NCBI GenBank assembly: GCA_036172245.1
Contig: JAYWIR010000137.1
Span: 1 to 64,000 of the forward strand
Reading direction: 5' to 3'
Length of the DNA stretch: 64,000 nucleotides
Source of the DNA: Raillietiella orientalis
Lineage: Eukaryota
Within the stretch, counting starts at the first letter, position 1, and each line of letters begins with the position of its first letter. Below are positions 1 through 13,619 of this stretch, piece by piece. The translations under genes and the position numbers were made by a program. The notes under the pieces are model-generated. The model saw nothing but the letters and a program-made list of their open reading frames with translations, was not told the DNA's origin and searched no databases.

Positions 1-103
1 CACCCCGCCGCCTGAGAGGGTGGACGTGCTTTTGTGGTGCTCCGCGTTTTTCTCGCGAGTGTTTTCGGGGTTTTCAGCTGTGAGCGGTTGTTCCTGGGCA
101 GAG

Positions 104-1722
104 ATGCCCGAGGACGCCGCAAGGACGGCGGAGGGGGGCGAGCGAGACTCGTCCCTCCAGCCCATGGATGTGGGGGCTATCTCCCCCACGGAATCGTCCC
201 CCGCCCCGGCGAGGGCTTGGAGCGCCGTTGAGTCGCAACCATCGCCTGCAGCCGCGGCGGAATTGTCGGCCTATGTAGAGGAGGGGTACAACCCCTCATT
301 GTTCTACAAGGTAGTCAATTTATATTCTTTAGAGAGCGCGCGCGCCTTCTCGAAGGGCATGCGCGTTCTCGATGTGAAAGAGGAGGAGCTCAGCTCTATG
401 ACCATCCGCAGCGGGGGTCAGTACGTTGAGGTCATCTTCAAACATGCAGAGCTGGCCCAACGACTGCTTAAAACCCCCGTTGTGATAGGGACGAGCAGGC
501 TCCTCCCCTCTACGGCGGACTGCAGCATGGTGGTCCGCCTCTTAGGCGAAACCGCGCGAATGCGCAAAGAACAGGTTCGCGCCGCTTTGGAACAGTTCGG
601 AACGGTCCACGCGCAGTGGACGAAAGTAAGTCCTTTCGAGGACTACACGGAGCTGCAACACGGCCTCACTGCTGCGCACGTGACCGTTCGGGAGGGCTGC
701 ACTCTTCCCTACAAACTGGTGGTCGAAGGCGAAACCGTCGACCTCTGGTATGTGGGGAAGCCGATATACTGTGGCTTGTGCAATACGTCGGGCCACCTCA
801 AAACGAGTTGTCCCAGTGTGCAGTACCAAGTATGCGGAACCATGGGACACACGAGGGAGGTGTGCCCTAAAGCAGCAGTGCGGGTGGTTTCCAAGAGAAA
901 CCTTAAAAAACGCGCCCGGCTTCTGCAGAAAAGGCTGGCGGCGAAAGCTGCCGCGAAGGCTGTGCCACCCTCGCGAAAGACCCAGGCCGCACCCGAGACA
1001 CAGGCTACCAACGCCGAAAAAGTTGAGGGAGCCGGCCAGGAGACTGGGTGGCAAGTGGCAACGGCCAAAAAATCAAAGAACAAGAATAGGATGGAAATCG
1101 CCTAAAAACAGAAGAAGAAGGAGCAGGGTAGCGCGATTATTAAAGAGTGAAGCGTCGTAGTCGAACGCGTTCTCGATGTTACCGAACGCTGCCGGAAAGA
1201 ACTCGCCGCTACCGACGACCTCCCTTCTGTTGACACAGTCAACAGCGAGGGGAGCGAGCCGGAGGCGGCGTCCGACATCGACACCACCATGGATGACATA
1301 GCCTTCGCAAGAGCGGCGGAGGAGCTGGCAGCTTCGTTGCAGCCAGAACCCTCAAAGGCTGGCAAAAAGGCCGTAAGGCGTCCGGCCTCCCCTCAGGGGT
1401 CCCCCACTTCCGACCCCGAGGTGGAGGCCGGAAGCGCAGCCCTTGTTTCCACGGCACCGCGCAAGAAATCTGGACGTAAGACCACAAAGACAAGGAAGCT
1501 CGTCTCCCCCGTCGAAGGGGAAGAGACGGCTTCCGCAAGCGAGGGTGCCATGAGCGTGAGAAACTATCGGGACCCGTCGCCCGAGAGACTCCCACGCACG
1601 GACACGGAGGGTTGGAGGGGGTGGAGGCGGAACAGGTGCTTGAGAAGGCCGAAACCCCCATGGACATCCCGCCTGCCTTGCAAGAGGAGGGCTCCCAAAC
1701 ACCTTAATCTTCCCAGCAGCAA
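104..1722 (+). pseudogene. A ORF1 (gag-like nucleic-acid-binding protein)
   Basis: CGLCNTSGHLKTSC and a decayed second knuckle; in-frame stops at 1103 and ~1148, plus a later frameshift. Confidence 0.85.
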
Positions 1723-4700
1723 TGCCGGGAATGTCCTCCCGCCCTCGTCTGCGCATCGCCGTTTGGAACGTGAACGGCATGACAGACGCCGGCAGGAGAC
1801 GAGACATGGCCGCCCTTCTGGAGTCCTACGACCTTGCGCTGCTGCAGGAGATCCACGTGATCTCTACAGAACAAGCGCAAAAGATCAAGCGGATATCCGG
1901 AGAGCGACTATGGTACAGGTGTGGGAGAGCGAAAAGTTGCGGTGTCGCCTACCTGCTTCGGCCAGCCGTCGAGGCCGCGGCTCGGGGCGTGCGGTTCGAC
2001 GATCACGGTCGTATCGGCCAGCTGACTCTCAGGTGGTCCGACTCGATCGTTCTGATCGTCACGAACGTGTACGCACCTAGCGGCAAGGACCTGATGAATA
2101 GGAGGGCAAGGAAAGAGATTTTCCTTGCCCTCCGGCGAGACTGGCTGACCGAAGCAGGCGTGCGGAATGCCCATCTGGCTGCAGGCGATTTCAACGTTCG
2201 CCTGAAACCAGATGGGCAGAATCCCGAGAGTGACCTGATCAACGAGGTGTGCATGGCGGTACACACCTGTAATTCGTTGTCCGGGGCACCGGGGATGGAA
2301 GACAGCATTGACTACGTGTTTCTTGACGAGCACCTGTAACCTCGCGTGGGCAGGCGCGGCAAGTTACCGTGCGAGCTGTCCGACCATCGCCCGCTAGTCC
2401 TCGAGATCCATCCGCGCGACAGGGGATCCCCTCTTCAGCGTGGCGTCTCCCAGGGGACTGGCTGAAGCTCCCGGACACGGCGGAACATCTCCGCACATTC
2501 ATACAGAGCTTCAGGCTGCGGACACTCCAGGATTGGGACCGCATCAAGCGGTCGGTCCAGGAGTTCTGCGACCAGTTTCCTCTGCAACGCCTACCTACGG
2601 GTTTTGGGACCGGGGTCCGTAACGAACGATCCTACCTACAGGCCCGTCGTTACGCCAGGACCCCCGACATCCGCAGGCTGGCGGAATACAAAGCGGGAGC
2701 CGAGAGGCAAGCCTGGCAGTCCGGATCGGCCAGCTTACTGGACGATCAGGGCCAGAAGCACTAGGCACCCGCCCAAATCCGCGGCCTGTCGCGGAGTTAC
2801 TACTTCTCCCTGTATGCCAGGGCACCTCCGCAGAGGAACGCCTCACGACTCCTGCTTCCGGAAGGAGCTCCAGCGATCGGGGAGGAGCAGAGAAAGACCA
2901 TCGACGAGCCTTTCACGATGGACGAGATCCTCTCGGCCATCGGAAAGCTCAAGAGGCGAAAGACTCCAGGGGAGGACGGCCTGCCCGCGGAGTTTTATTA
3001 AACTTTCGCTGCTGAGCTCACCCCCCTGGTACAGCAACTCACCTTGCTAATACGCGAAACAGGTGACGTTCCCGCCTCGTTTCGTTCGGCAAAGGTGCGG
3101 CTCCTCCCTAAGGGACTAGCTCTGAGGAGCATGAACAACTGGCGTCCCATCACAATAGTGAATGCGGACGCCAAGTTGCTGGCTAAGGTTTGGGCAGAGC
3201 GTCTGGGACGGGTTGCCAACATCTTCATCAGCCCGGAACAGACATATGCTGTTCCCGGGCGAAGCATGGAGGCGAACCTGTTCCACGCTTCCACCTGGCT
3301 AGAGCTCCAACATGAAAGGAGCTTGGTGCGCAGCCGGAATTCCGGTGCGTGCGCCGGCAGGGGGTTGGATGGCCGGGTGGGGGAGGGAGCCCTTGCGGTC
3401 GCAATCGACTTGCGGAAAGCATTCGATTGCGTCGATCAGAATCTCCTTCTGGTGCTTCTGTAACGCTTGGGCTTCCCGGCTTCATTAGTGGCCTATCTGC
3501 GCTCCTGCTGGCGCGACGCGCTCATCAATGTTACTTTCAGCGGGCAGACCTTACACGGTGTGCCGGTGCGGCGTAAGGTCCGGCAGGGAGACAGCCTGAT
3601 CCCCTTGCTCTTCAGTAGCTACTTTGAGTTGGTACTGAGAGCGTACAGGGGAACTCTGCCGCACCTGCCGCACGACTGTGCCGGTACGCCGGCCGTTTCA
3701 GCATACGCGGACGACCTTCTGCTGCTGCTCCCTATGTCCATCCCGGCTGCGGCGGTCGAGGAGTTCTTCGACCTGCTGCATCGGGGAACCGGACTTACGG
3801 TGAACAGGGCGAAGTCGTCCGTGATGCCAGTTGGTGCGGCGTGGGCAGGGAAGCAGGACTGGGTCCCTTCGGGGATCCCCACGGTGAGGAACTTCAAGTA
3901 CCTTGGTGTGCCGTTGGGGGACTACTCTTCTGCGAAAGCGTGGTCCGGCTGCTTCCAAAAAGTGGAGACGGCGATCGACCCGTTCCGAGGAGGCAGGTTT
4001 CTCCTGCCTGAACGGGCCGCGGTTTGGAACACGTTCGCGGCTCCTCTCCTCCGCCCCCTGCTTTTTGTTTGCCCCCCCACAGAGAGAATAAAAAAGCGGA
4101 CAAAGGACCTCCTCCGTATCGCCCTTTGAGGCAACGGGAGGGCCCGAGTCCGCTTAAAGGCCTTGTGCGCTCCTCGTCAAGATGATGGTCTGGGGCTTCT
4201 GACGCAGGAGACGCTGGAGCTTGAGCTCCAGTTCCGCTTGTCGGCACGCGTTCCAGAGTTGTGGTGCATCTGTTGGTGCGTCCCTGCAAGTCTTCTTCTC
4301 CAGCAAGCCACCGGCAAGACGGGACTGACGTCGTTTCTTGCACTCCGTCGTCGCGTCAACCGATGCGGACTCCAGCTACGGAGGGTGGCTGCGCTGTATC
4401 GGAAAAACCCAGGATTGCTCACCTGTCGCCCGTTGAACGGTAGTGCCTGGTTGCAGGAAACTGTTGGAACGTGGGGACAGTTCGGCATGCAACGCTCCCA
4501 ACAGGAACAAAGGTTCCTGTTTGGGGGTTACAGAAGTTGCACGCTCTGCGAGATCCTGGAGGATCAAAAGAAAATTGCGTGGGCAGGAAGAACCCCCTTC
4601 GCTGCTGCGCTGCCCTCCCTGATGGAAGATCTTGACAGCGATGTTGCGGCGAAGTGGGTGGTTACAGTAACAATCCGCGGAAAGGAGAAGAAAATAGGAG

Positions 4701-5301
4701 AGTGGAAGACGGGCCAGTTAACAGACGCTACGTCCCCGAGTACGCCTCCCAATGGACTTCTGCGCTGGGGCGCGCTGCTCGATGTTCCCATTGAACATCT
4801 GAAGTGGCTTCCGGTGCTCATGGACACTTCCGCCCTCCCCTTGAAATCGCAGGAGTGGGCTCTTCTGTTGCAGCACTGGGGACTCCTTTGCAACGCCCGC
4901 CGACACCACTGGATCTGGGGAGCGGTGGACCCCAATTGCGTCAGGTGTGGGGAACGGGAGTCCCTCCCCCACCTGCTAGTGGATTGTGTTGCCCTTCGGC
5001 CCCTTTGGTTTCGCTTTGCCGCGGCCATCGGAATCCCCTGGGGCAACCCCAGGGACGCACTGAAAGCCCTCTTCCTTGTTGACGCCCTTCGGCCAGCGGA
5101 CTCGTTAGCAGCTTTGTGCTGCCTACGCGGGATCGTCACCGCTTGGAGCAAGGCTACGGGAGGACAACGCGACCAGTCTGCCATCCAGCCAGCCTCCCAT
5201 TTCCTAGGAGAGCGTCCCGATGGCCGCACCTGGATCCAGGAATACAGAAGGAACTTGCCGGCATCCTGCAAAGGATGCAACGGCCCCACCAGCAACTGTG
5301 A
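1722..5301 (+). pseudogene. A ORF2 (APE-RT-zinc finger), interrupted
   Basis: Consecutive ORF pieces 1722-2339, 2369-2764, 3044-3463, 3467-4129, 4163-5300 carry the motifs in canonical order. Confidence 0.9.
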
Positions 5302-5517
5302 TCCCTTCCCTTACCCTCCCAACTTTTCTTTTCCTTTTTGTTTTGTTTTTTGTTTTTCCCCCTTCCCCCTGCTGCCGTTGTGGACCGTACCGGTCTGCGA
5401 ACCGGTGACCCGGCAGGCTCTGTGTTTCTTCGTGCGTGGCTGGAGCAATGGTCCAGACACCGCACGTCTTTGTAAAAGTTTATTTTCCAATAAACGCCCC
5501 GGCGTAATCCGGGTGAA

Positions 5518-7886
5518 AATCGAATGCTTTGTGCAAATGTTCTGCTAGTGCCAAGGCTCCCAGCCTTTCTCCCGTCCGTCCGCACTGGCGCACGCAGTCG
5601 GTAGAAGGTCTTGCCGCTGTTCGGCTATCCGCCGCAACGCGCTTTTGAAGCTGCCTCCAGGTGCGCGCGAAAAGAAGGTTCGCATCGATGGATCTACCCG
5701 GTACAAAGTAAGACTGCTCCGGGCTTACCAAGGACTCCGCGAATTTCCCTAAGCGCATGACCCAGAGCTACAAAAGCAACTTGACGTCCGTATTCACTAA
5801 TGTGATCAGACTCCAGTTGTTGAGTTGGCGCAGATCCCCTCCTTTCGGAAGGAGACGCACCCTTGCTGAGCGGAAGGAAGAAGGGACATCGCCCGTCACC
5901 CTCATCAGCGTCGAGATTCTAAGAATCAGTGGGGCGAGTTCTGCCGCGAAGGTCTGATAGAACTATGCGGGCAGTCCGTCCTCACCTGGCGTCTTCCGTC
6001 TGTTGAGTCCTGCGATGGCGGAAGAAACTTCCTCCAACGTCAAGGGCTCGTGGAGACGATCGCGTTCCTCCTCGTCGATGCCATGTGCAGCCCGCGGCAA
6101 AAGTAGTTCGGAGAGGACTCTTTCCGTCAGGGAATTAGCGTAGAGCAAGGAGAATTTACGCTTTAGTGCTCGCCGCACTTCGGCAGGAGCCGTGCATTCC
6201 CTGCCTTGGTCGTCGAGCAGAATAGCCGCTCCAGACTGCCAGACCTGGCGCTCGGCCCTCGCCTTGTACTCTGCGAGTTGCCGGACTTCCGCACGTCTCG
6301 AGAAGGTGCAGGCCTGCAGAAATGCTCTGCTATTGGCCACGCCTTCCCCGGAGCCGCGTGGTAGCAGGTGCAGGGGGAACCGGTCGCAAAACTCGCGAAC
6401 CGATCTTTTAAGATGGTTTCAATCTGCGAGTTCCGGGATGACAAAGCCGCGAAGGAACTGGCGAAAATGCTCCGCCGCTTCGGGGTGACTCAGCCAATCC
6501 GCCGGCATCCTCCAAACATTGTTTGGAGGTCCCTTGCTTGGCAGGAGTAGCTCGAACTTCAGCCTATCATGGTCCGATAACGTATACGGCACCCTGCCTC
6601 TCCTTCCCACTCGCAAGAGTAGGTGTTCATCGAGGTAGAGGTGATCCATGCACCTTTCCAGTCCAGGCTTGCCGGCTTCCAAGTTACGCGCGTGCACCCA
6701 CGCGCATTCCTCTTCCATTCGCGACCGTTCCGCCAGAGACCGCGTCTCGTTGGAAAGCATGTGGACGTTGAAGTCCCCTGCGACAAGATGCGCCACTCTG
6801 GCTCCGGAGTTTCTAAGCCATTGGCTCTTCAGCATGTCGAAGAACTCGATTCTTTCGACACGCCGATGAGAGCCGCTCGACGCGAAGACGTTCGTTACGA
6901 CGAGGTCGATTGAATCTGACCATTGGAGTACAAGTTGGTCCATTCGCCCTTCCTGGTCGAATCGAACGCTGCGCACCGCTCCCACCATCTCACTATTGAC
7001 GAGAAAACCGACTCCGCACGATTGTGCAGAATCTTCTTGCCAGTACAAGGTGCCACTTGCGCGCTGTTCGATTTCCGCAACCTCCGCATCGGAGATGTAA
7101 TGCATCTCCTGAAGGATCGCCAAATCGAAATGTCGCAGGGTGTCTGAGACTTCGCGCCTCTTTCCGTTTCAGCGCAGCCCATTTACGTTCCAACAGGCTA
7201 CGCTGAATCGACGAAAAGGGGCGACTTCCTGCATTAAGGCTGGGAAGGTGAGCAAAGATTTCTCGCCTTGTCCGGCTAGTGGTCACGAGACAGAGCGGTC
7301 GATCTCGGAGACTGGACATCTCCATTCGAAGCCGCACTGCTTGTTGCCGGTAGCTCAGAGGTGAGGCTCTTTTCCTTTTCTTTGCTTCCCAGCAACAGTT
7401 CCTCCTCGGCAACCACGCGCTTGCGGGTCTTCGGGAGGCGATTGCGCAATTTCGGGCGGTATTCGCGCTGTGTGCTCTTTCTGTCGGACTCTGGATCAGA
7501 AGCCGACAGTCGAGGGCTTGCCAGGCGCTGCTGCTGTTTCCTGGAATTACGGAAATCGTTCGCTGCCTGTTTCCTAGCGCTTTCTGCAACTGCGGCTGGG
7601 ACTTTCGTCCTTTTAGCCGCAGCAGCAGCTTCCCGCTCCAACCGCGAGAGAACGACTGCGCAGGAGGAAAGAATCGCAATCTTTTTCTGGGAAGGTTTCC
7701 CGGGTTTCTTTCGCCCACTCACCTTCACACAGAGCTGCGAAGACCTTGATGGTTTCTTCCTAATGATCTTTCTCACCTGCATCCAGCCGTCTTCCTTCGC
7801 GTCGCAGTTATCTTTGCCATCCTGAGATGGCGCTGCTTCCACGGATGTAACAGGCGTTGCCTTGGGTGCCTCTTGGAGTGCTGCCT
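5518..7886 (-). mobile_element. Element B, downstream part: ORF1 C-terminus, APE, RT up to HKAFD
   Basis: TAATG stop/start at 7236-7232; LQEMH, GDFN, SDH, PGEDGLP. Ends at ...HLHKAFD, exactly at the 3' end of A. Confidence 0.9.
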
Positions 7887-8189
7887 ACAGGCAGGCGTAA
7901 GCAACTCCTCTAGCCATAGCGAGAGCCTTGCGCATGGGTGGTATCGCCGCCGCTGAACGAAAGGGAGGCGTGATTATTGCTAGTTTAAAACTATACCCAA
8001 TACTCCGCCATGGCAGTGTTTAAAACCACTGCCAAGGGAATTTTTGAGTGCCCTGAGAGTGCAAGTGTTTGAGTGAACGCCAGTGTGGAAAGAGTGCAAC
8101 CGGGGACCATCATCATCATCAGCAGCAGCGCCGAGAAGTCCACGGTGGAAGTCCTGCAGTGGTCCCGAGCAGCCGGAACAGCTGCCAGG

Positions 8190-9980
8190 ATGCAGGCATC
8201 TGGAGTTGGAGGAGTGGTGAGGCCGTCGTCCCCCATGGAAGCCATGGAGGTAACGTGCGGCAACGGCGAGGTGGCATCAGGCATGCCGAGGATCGCGCCC
8301 GCGGCGGGCTTTGCTGCGCCAGCGGCGGCGATGCCAAGGGTCGTGCCCGCGGCGACGACGGCAGAAATCGTGCCCGCGGCGGCGACGCCGAGCATCGTGC
8401 CCGCACCGGGGAAAGTCGCGCCTGCGGCGGCGATGCCGAGGGTGCCGCCCGCGGCGGTAACGGCGGCAACGTCGAGGTTTGCGCCCGCGGCGGCGGCGTT
8501 CCAGGCGGGACCCGCGGGCGCCCACGCGGTGCAGGGAGCGACGCCATCTTGTTCGGCTGCGGCGTCGCAGCCCTTTTTTTATGCGTCGGTGGCGGCTGGA
8601 CAGGCGAGTGTCCACCCACCAAGAAAATTCGGGAAGCCGCTATGCGGTGAAGTCCAAAAGGTGGATCGACCGATCGTGGAGTTAGGGCCGAATGTGAAGC
8701 CCATCATTTTCAAGACTGGGCTGATCAAGTTCAATAATATCAGGGAGGTGTATCTGTCCCTCGATAAAACGGACATGGACTTTGAACGCATTCAGGCGAT
8801 CATTCCATCGAACAACGGGTTCACAGTCTTTACAGACTGTGAAAACATTAGAGAGGGATTGATCCAGAAGGGGATCAATATACAAGTACGGATATTTTGT
8901 GGTATTGGCGAGATGCCATACACAACCGTCTTTTTAAACGGCATCTCCATCCTCACACCGCAATTAGCGGTGTGGAATTACTTGGAGCAGTTTGGGGGAG
9001 TTCTGCACTTTGATTTCCAGAACTTCTCTGGAAACATATTTTCTGGCGACATGATCGCCAACATGAAGTTGAGGGAGGGAGCGGTGATCCCTGGATTGGC
9101 CGTTATTGACGAACAATCCCAGGTAGTGAATGTGCGTTACCATCAACAACCGGTATTCTGCACCGGGTGCAAGCAGTTCTGGCACAGGGCCGGCGCTTGC
9201 CCAACTTGCCGCTGCTTACGCTGCGGCAAAGTAGGACATCAAGTCCGAAACTGCCCGCAGCCGGAGGTGTGCTCCTTCTGCAAGAAACACGGACATGCGA
9301 AATGGAGCTGTCCGGAGTTTGAAAACTGCAGAAGGATTCGAGGTCTCTCTCCCGTGAGAGAGAGAAAGATCAAGGAGGCCGAACAGCCTCAGAAAACAGG
9401 AAGGCCGAAGAAGGTGAAAGAAGCCGTCCCGGTGTCGGCGGACGGCTTCCTAGAAGTGGGAAAGAAGGGAAAGAGGAGGATGCTCGTCAAGGAGCGAGGA
9501 ACTCCTCAAATCCTGGAATCAGCAGAGCAGGAAGGCGAGAAGAAGGAGGTAGCGCAGGAAGGCGCGAAGGAAGAGAAACAGGAAGCCACTAAAGTGTCGC
9601 AGGAAGCTCTGCAGACCAGGGAGGTGTAGGCAACACTGGCGGAGGAGGTCATGGAAGTGCAGAGGGGTCCTCAGCAAGAGAAAATCTTGCAGAAGATCTG
9701 CACTGCACAAGAGAACACCAACCAGGTTGTGGAGGTCGCTGAACGCGATAAGTTAAAGGAAAAGCTTGTCGACGTGAAGGCAAACTTCTGCGCCAAGGTC
9801 GAGATAGAGGCGCTATCTCGAAAATCGATCGCGCGGGCGGAACACTCTACGGAGGAGGCGGAAATTACCGACCTCACAGGTACGGATAGTGAGGCCGGCA
9901 GCGAGAAGCCCGCTGCTTCTTCGACGTCTGGAAGAGCACGCTCTCCCAGACAGAAGAACCTCAGGAAGGCCAAGAAATAG
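8190..9980 (+). pseudogene. X ORF1, three CCHC knuckles, one in-frame TAG (9627)
   Basis: CTGCKQFWHRAGAC, CLRCGKVGHQVRNC, CSFCKKHGHAKWSC; ORFs 8073-9629 and 9651-9980 share one frame. Start codon uncertain. Confidence 0.85.
8290..8500 (+). repeat. Imperfect coding tandem repeat (PAAA / MPRVVPAAT units) in X ORF1
   Basis: Recurrent (G/C)GCCCGCGGCGGCG units. Confidence 0.75.
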
Positions 9981-9993
9981 GTCTTCCCCTTTT

Positions 9994-12900
9994 ATGACCT
10001 CTTCCCTATCGACCGCCAGGAGGCTAAACATCGCCTCCTGGAACGTAAACGGTGTGGTCGACCAGGGAAAAAGACGAAGGATTGTGCGGACCATCGCACA
10101 ACAAGACATCGTGTGCCTGTAGGAGACCCACAGGATTGGTCTCGAGATCAGCCAGCGAATGGAACGGCAATTTAACGGGCAGATGTTCGTCAGCGAAGGA
10201 GAACGGAACACGAAGGGTGTGTTAGTGCTAATAAAAAACCACCTAGCCAGCACTATTCTGGAAGAGTTCTGTCCCCAACCCGGACGAATCATCGGCGTGC
10301 AACTGGCCTGGTCCGCAACTGTTCACCTCATCCTGGTGAACGTGTACGGGCCGCACAGGCTAAAACATCGTTGTGCGGAGGCGCTGCATTCAGCACTCCG
10401 GCAAAAGGACGCCCCTAAGGACGCCGTGATTGCTGCTGGCGATCTCAACATCTTGGATGAGATCATTCATTCAGAAGACGCCAGAGGAAGGACGGCGTAT
10501 CGAAGGCTATCCGACGAGTTCGGACTGGTCTGGCGAACAGCAAGCCACAAGCGGTTCGATCACGTCGTGCACAGCACCGAACTTGGGAACCGCATCCAGG
10601 GGTTTCGCGACACTATGACTACGTTATCCGATCACCCCCTGGTGCGGTTTTCCCTAAGAACGGAGAATCCTTGCCGGAGGCAAGGCACCAGGGCGACGGT
10701 CTTCAGGATGCCCGCCTGGTTCGAAACCCATCCCGGACATCAGGCTGTCCTGGAGGCGATTCTGAGGGCAACAACAATCCGAAGGGTCGCCGATTAGAAC
10801 AACCTAAAACACAGGATACACCTGTTTGCAAACATGCAGTTCGGGGATAGGCGCTTGAGACAAGAGGCGTACCCGGAGCTGAACATCCAAGAACGCTCCC
10901 TCACAAAGTATTTCGATCAGTACGAGAGTCGGTACGTCCTCAATAGCATAAAAGAAAAAATCGGAGTACTCGAGAAGAGAAATCGTGCAACAGATATCTT
11001 CTGCATCCAGTACGACGGCCAAAAGCGACAGTCCTCTGAGGACATCGTGGATGCCTTTCACAGGCATTACACGAAACACTTCAGGCGACAACATCTGTGT
11101 CGCTGTAGTCAGCAGGCCTTCTTGAGCTATCTCGAGAAGAGGTCGGACGACCTCCAGCGGTACAGACTGGAGGAGGAGTTCTCCGAAGAAGAGGTGAAGA
11201 CTGCGTTTGGGCAACTTCGCAAGGACGAGGCTGCGGGCCCTGAGAGTGTACCCATCACGCACTATAAGCGGTGCCTGCACGCCTGCCTGCGCTTGTTCCA
11301 CCAGTTTACTCTCTGCATTCGGGAAGAAGGCAGACTACCTCAGTCCTTCTACGAGAGTCGGATGAGATTGCTGCCGAAAGGAGGCGACTCTACCCAGATC
11401 GCCCAATGGAGGCCAATCTCGATCCTGAACTCCGATGCCAAGTGGTTGGCGAAGATCTGGTCCAACCGCTTAGGCAAGGTTATGTCGAGGCTGATCTATC
11501 CGGTCCAGACATGTGCAGTCCCAGGACGACACATGTCGGACAATGTCAAGTGTGCTCAGGCCACTGTTGGACTCAGTCGATACGTCGGCGAGAACCTGGT
11601 GCTGGTGTTCACTGACATGGAGAAGGCCTTCGACTCCATCGACCACGGGATGCTGCTGAAGGTTCTGGAGAAGCTAGGGCTCACGGAACACTTCAGCAAC
11701 TTCGTGAGGGCGGTACTCCAGAACCAGTACTGCCGGATCAAGATCAACGGCCAGGAGACGGCAGCAATCAGGATGGAACGAGGAGTCCGACAGGGCGACT
11801 CGCTAAGTCGGATGCTGTTCGTCATCTATATGGAGGCGTTGTCGTCCTTTATCGAGAAGAGCGGACGACTGAGCGAAATCAACATCGATGGCCAGCGTCT
11901 TACCCATCTGGCATACGCCGATGATCTACACTTCTTCATCAAAGGAGAGAAAAATCAACGTGAGTTTCTGGATGTGGTGGACCTGATGGAACAGGGCTTG
12001 GGCTTAAAAATCAATTCCCAGAAGAGCCAGCTTTTGCCCGTCGGAATCCTGAACCTCTCCACTCTAACGGGTAGTGGATTCCGTACGGAGGACACGGCCA
12101 AGTACCTGGGAGTCTACATCGGCGACGACTCTGCGTGGAAGCTGCTGTGGAAGGCAATCCTGGGGAAAACGGCCAAGGAAGCAGCCAAGTACACCCAAAC
12201 GGACCTTGGGATGAAGCGAAAGGCCAACATATAGAACGGAGTACTCCTTCCGGAAGTGCTCTTCGGGGCGGCCTTCGCGAGGATGAACAAGGACACTACT
12301 AGGGAGTTCGACAAGCTGCAAAGAAAAACACTGTGGGGCCACTATCGCCCAAGAGTAAGACTGAAACCCCTGTGTTGTCCCAGGGAAGAAGGCGGTTCCG
12401 GGATGAAGTCGCTTGCACATTCCATGGAAATCATGGATACGCGACACATCCTGGACATTGCCACTCACTGGGATGACTGGCCGTATGCGGCGCACAGGGC
12501 CTACGCGTTGTTGCTTAACAACTCGAAAGGCCTGATGACTGCGCTGCTAGGCAAAGTAGGGGAGTGGATAACAATCGACCCGACCTGGAGGAGGAAGCAA
12601 CGGCTGGTGCGGAAGCACCAAATCAAGATCGTGCCGCGAAGCAGGGAACTCTGGGAGGACGAGTCCATCCTGGTGATCCCATGGATGCTTCCTGTCCCGC
12701 CGGACTCGAGAAGTTGGATCTACCAGCGGTCCAGAGTTACCCTACTGCAAATCCAGGAGTGGAGGCGAGGAGGCTACCTACATCAAACTCGTATACTTCG
12801 GTATACAGAGATGATGTTAGGAAGGTTTACCCACAGGACCCGCGAAGTGTGGTTCAACCACAACGACTTCGCATGGTCGAGGGTAACCAGAACAAACCTC

Positions 12901-13512
12901 CGAAGGCTTATTCAAGAAAACGACCGTGACACCAGTGCCCGCCAGGAAGCCACCGAACGCTACGGGAGTGAACGGTTCAACCTGTTAGCGATCGGCACGA
13001 CGCTCTGGAGGAGTGACCTTCCGCCGGGCACCCAGGATGACCTCCTCATGTTTGATCACGGAGGAATCCAGAGTGGGTCCCGATTGCAGCACTTCAAAGG
13101 AAGACGGGAAGACCGAGACTGCGCAGCATGTGGAGACGACGACACGAGACTTCACGTCTTGACGTGTCCCACACTGCTGCATGACTGGCTGATCCTGAAA
13201 AGGATCATAGGACTTACCATCAAGTCCGTTATGGAGATCCTCGCCGGGATGTTTCAGGGGGATGGTTATGTTCCCTGTTACAATCCCATGGTGAAGACGA
13301 CCATCGCCCTCTTCATCACCGCCATCCTTGTGCGGTGGTGGAAAATGAGGAAAGCCAGGAGAGCCGCACCACCGATGGAGATTTTAGAAGGGCTCTTGAA
13401 GAGGGAAATCGGAATCAGGAACTGCGGGAAGATCCACGCCTGGACGTACCGATTCATCCTGAAGAGGATCCAGGACGACGCCCGAGACCATCCAGCTGGA
13501 ATTCCCCCCTGA
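9994..13512 (+). pseudogene. X ORF2 (APE-RT-zinc finger): single frame with three TAG stops
   Basis: SWNVNG, NVYGP, GDLN, SDH, WRPISILNSDAK, DMEKAFD, GVRQGDSLS, YADD, KYLG, CAAC..H..C. Stops at 10120, 10795, 12232. Confidence 0.92.
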
Positions 13513-13619
13513 AAAGCAGAACTCTAGTGCAGCCCAAGGACCCCCAAGTGCAAAATGTTTGTATTGAGTGAATGAAAGTGCGAATGTAAATATTGTATTT
13601 TTATAGAAAAATAAACTTA

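Larger units (their letters stand above)
11..5519 (+). mobile_element. Element A: near full-length, degenerate L1/Tx1-type LINE
   Basis: 5' GGACGTGCTTTT (22-33). ORF1 with two CCHC-type knuckles. ORF2 motifs WNVNG, LQEIH, NVYAP, GDFN, PGEDGLP, WRPITIVN, DLRKAFD, RQGDSL, YADD, KYLG, CVRC..HL..C. T-rich 3' UTR and terminal AATAAA-hairpin (5489-5519). Confidence 0.93.
7887..13619 (+). mobile_element. Element X: full-length L1/Tx1-type LINE of a divergent family, inserted antisense in B ORF1
   Basis: B ORF1 reads through when X is removed (...EPQGVE|AALQEAPK...), with a 2-bp CT overlap (7885-7886 / 13620-13621). Short AT-rich 3' UTR ending AATAAAC, no GC hairpin. Confidence 0.92.

Noticed and set aside
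1..10. Left TSD for the A-in-B insertion
   Set aside because: CACCCCGCCG does not match the expected ...GAATGCTTTGTG; upstream sequence is needed.
9627..12234. Stop-codon reassignment, since all four internal stops in X are TAG
   Set aside because: They align to different residues (Q in LQETH, probably W in DWN and IWN). This fits C>T and G>A substitutions rather than a changed code.
7887..13619. RIP-like CpA>TpA mutagenesis
   Set aside because: Transition-derived stops can only come from a few codons, so the pattern is uninformative, and the region remains GC-rich. Dinucleotide indices would be needed.
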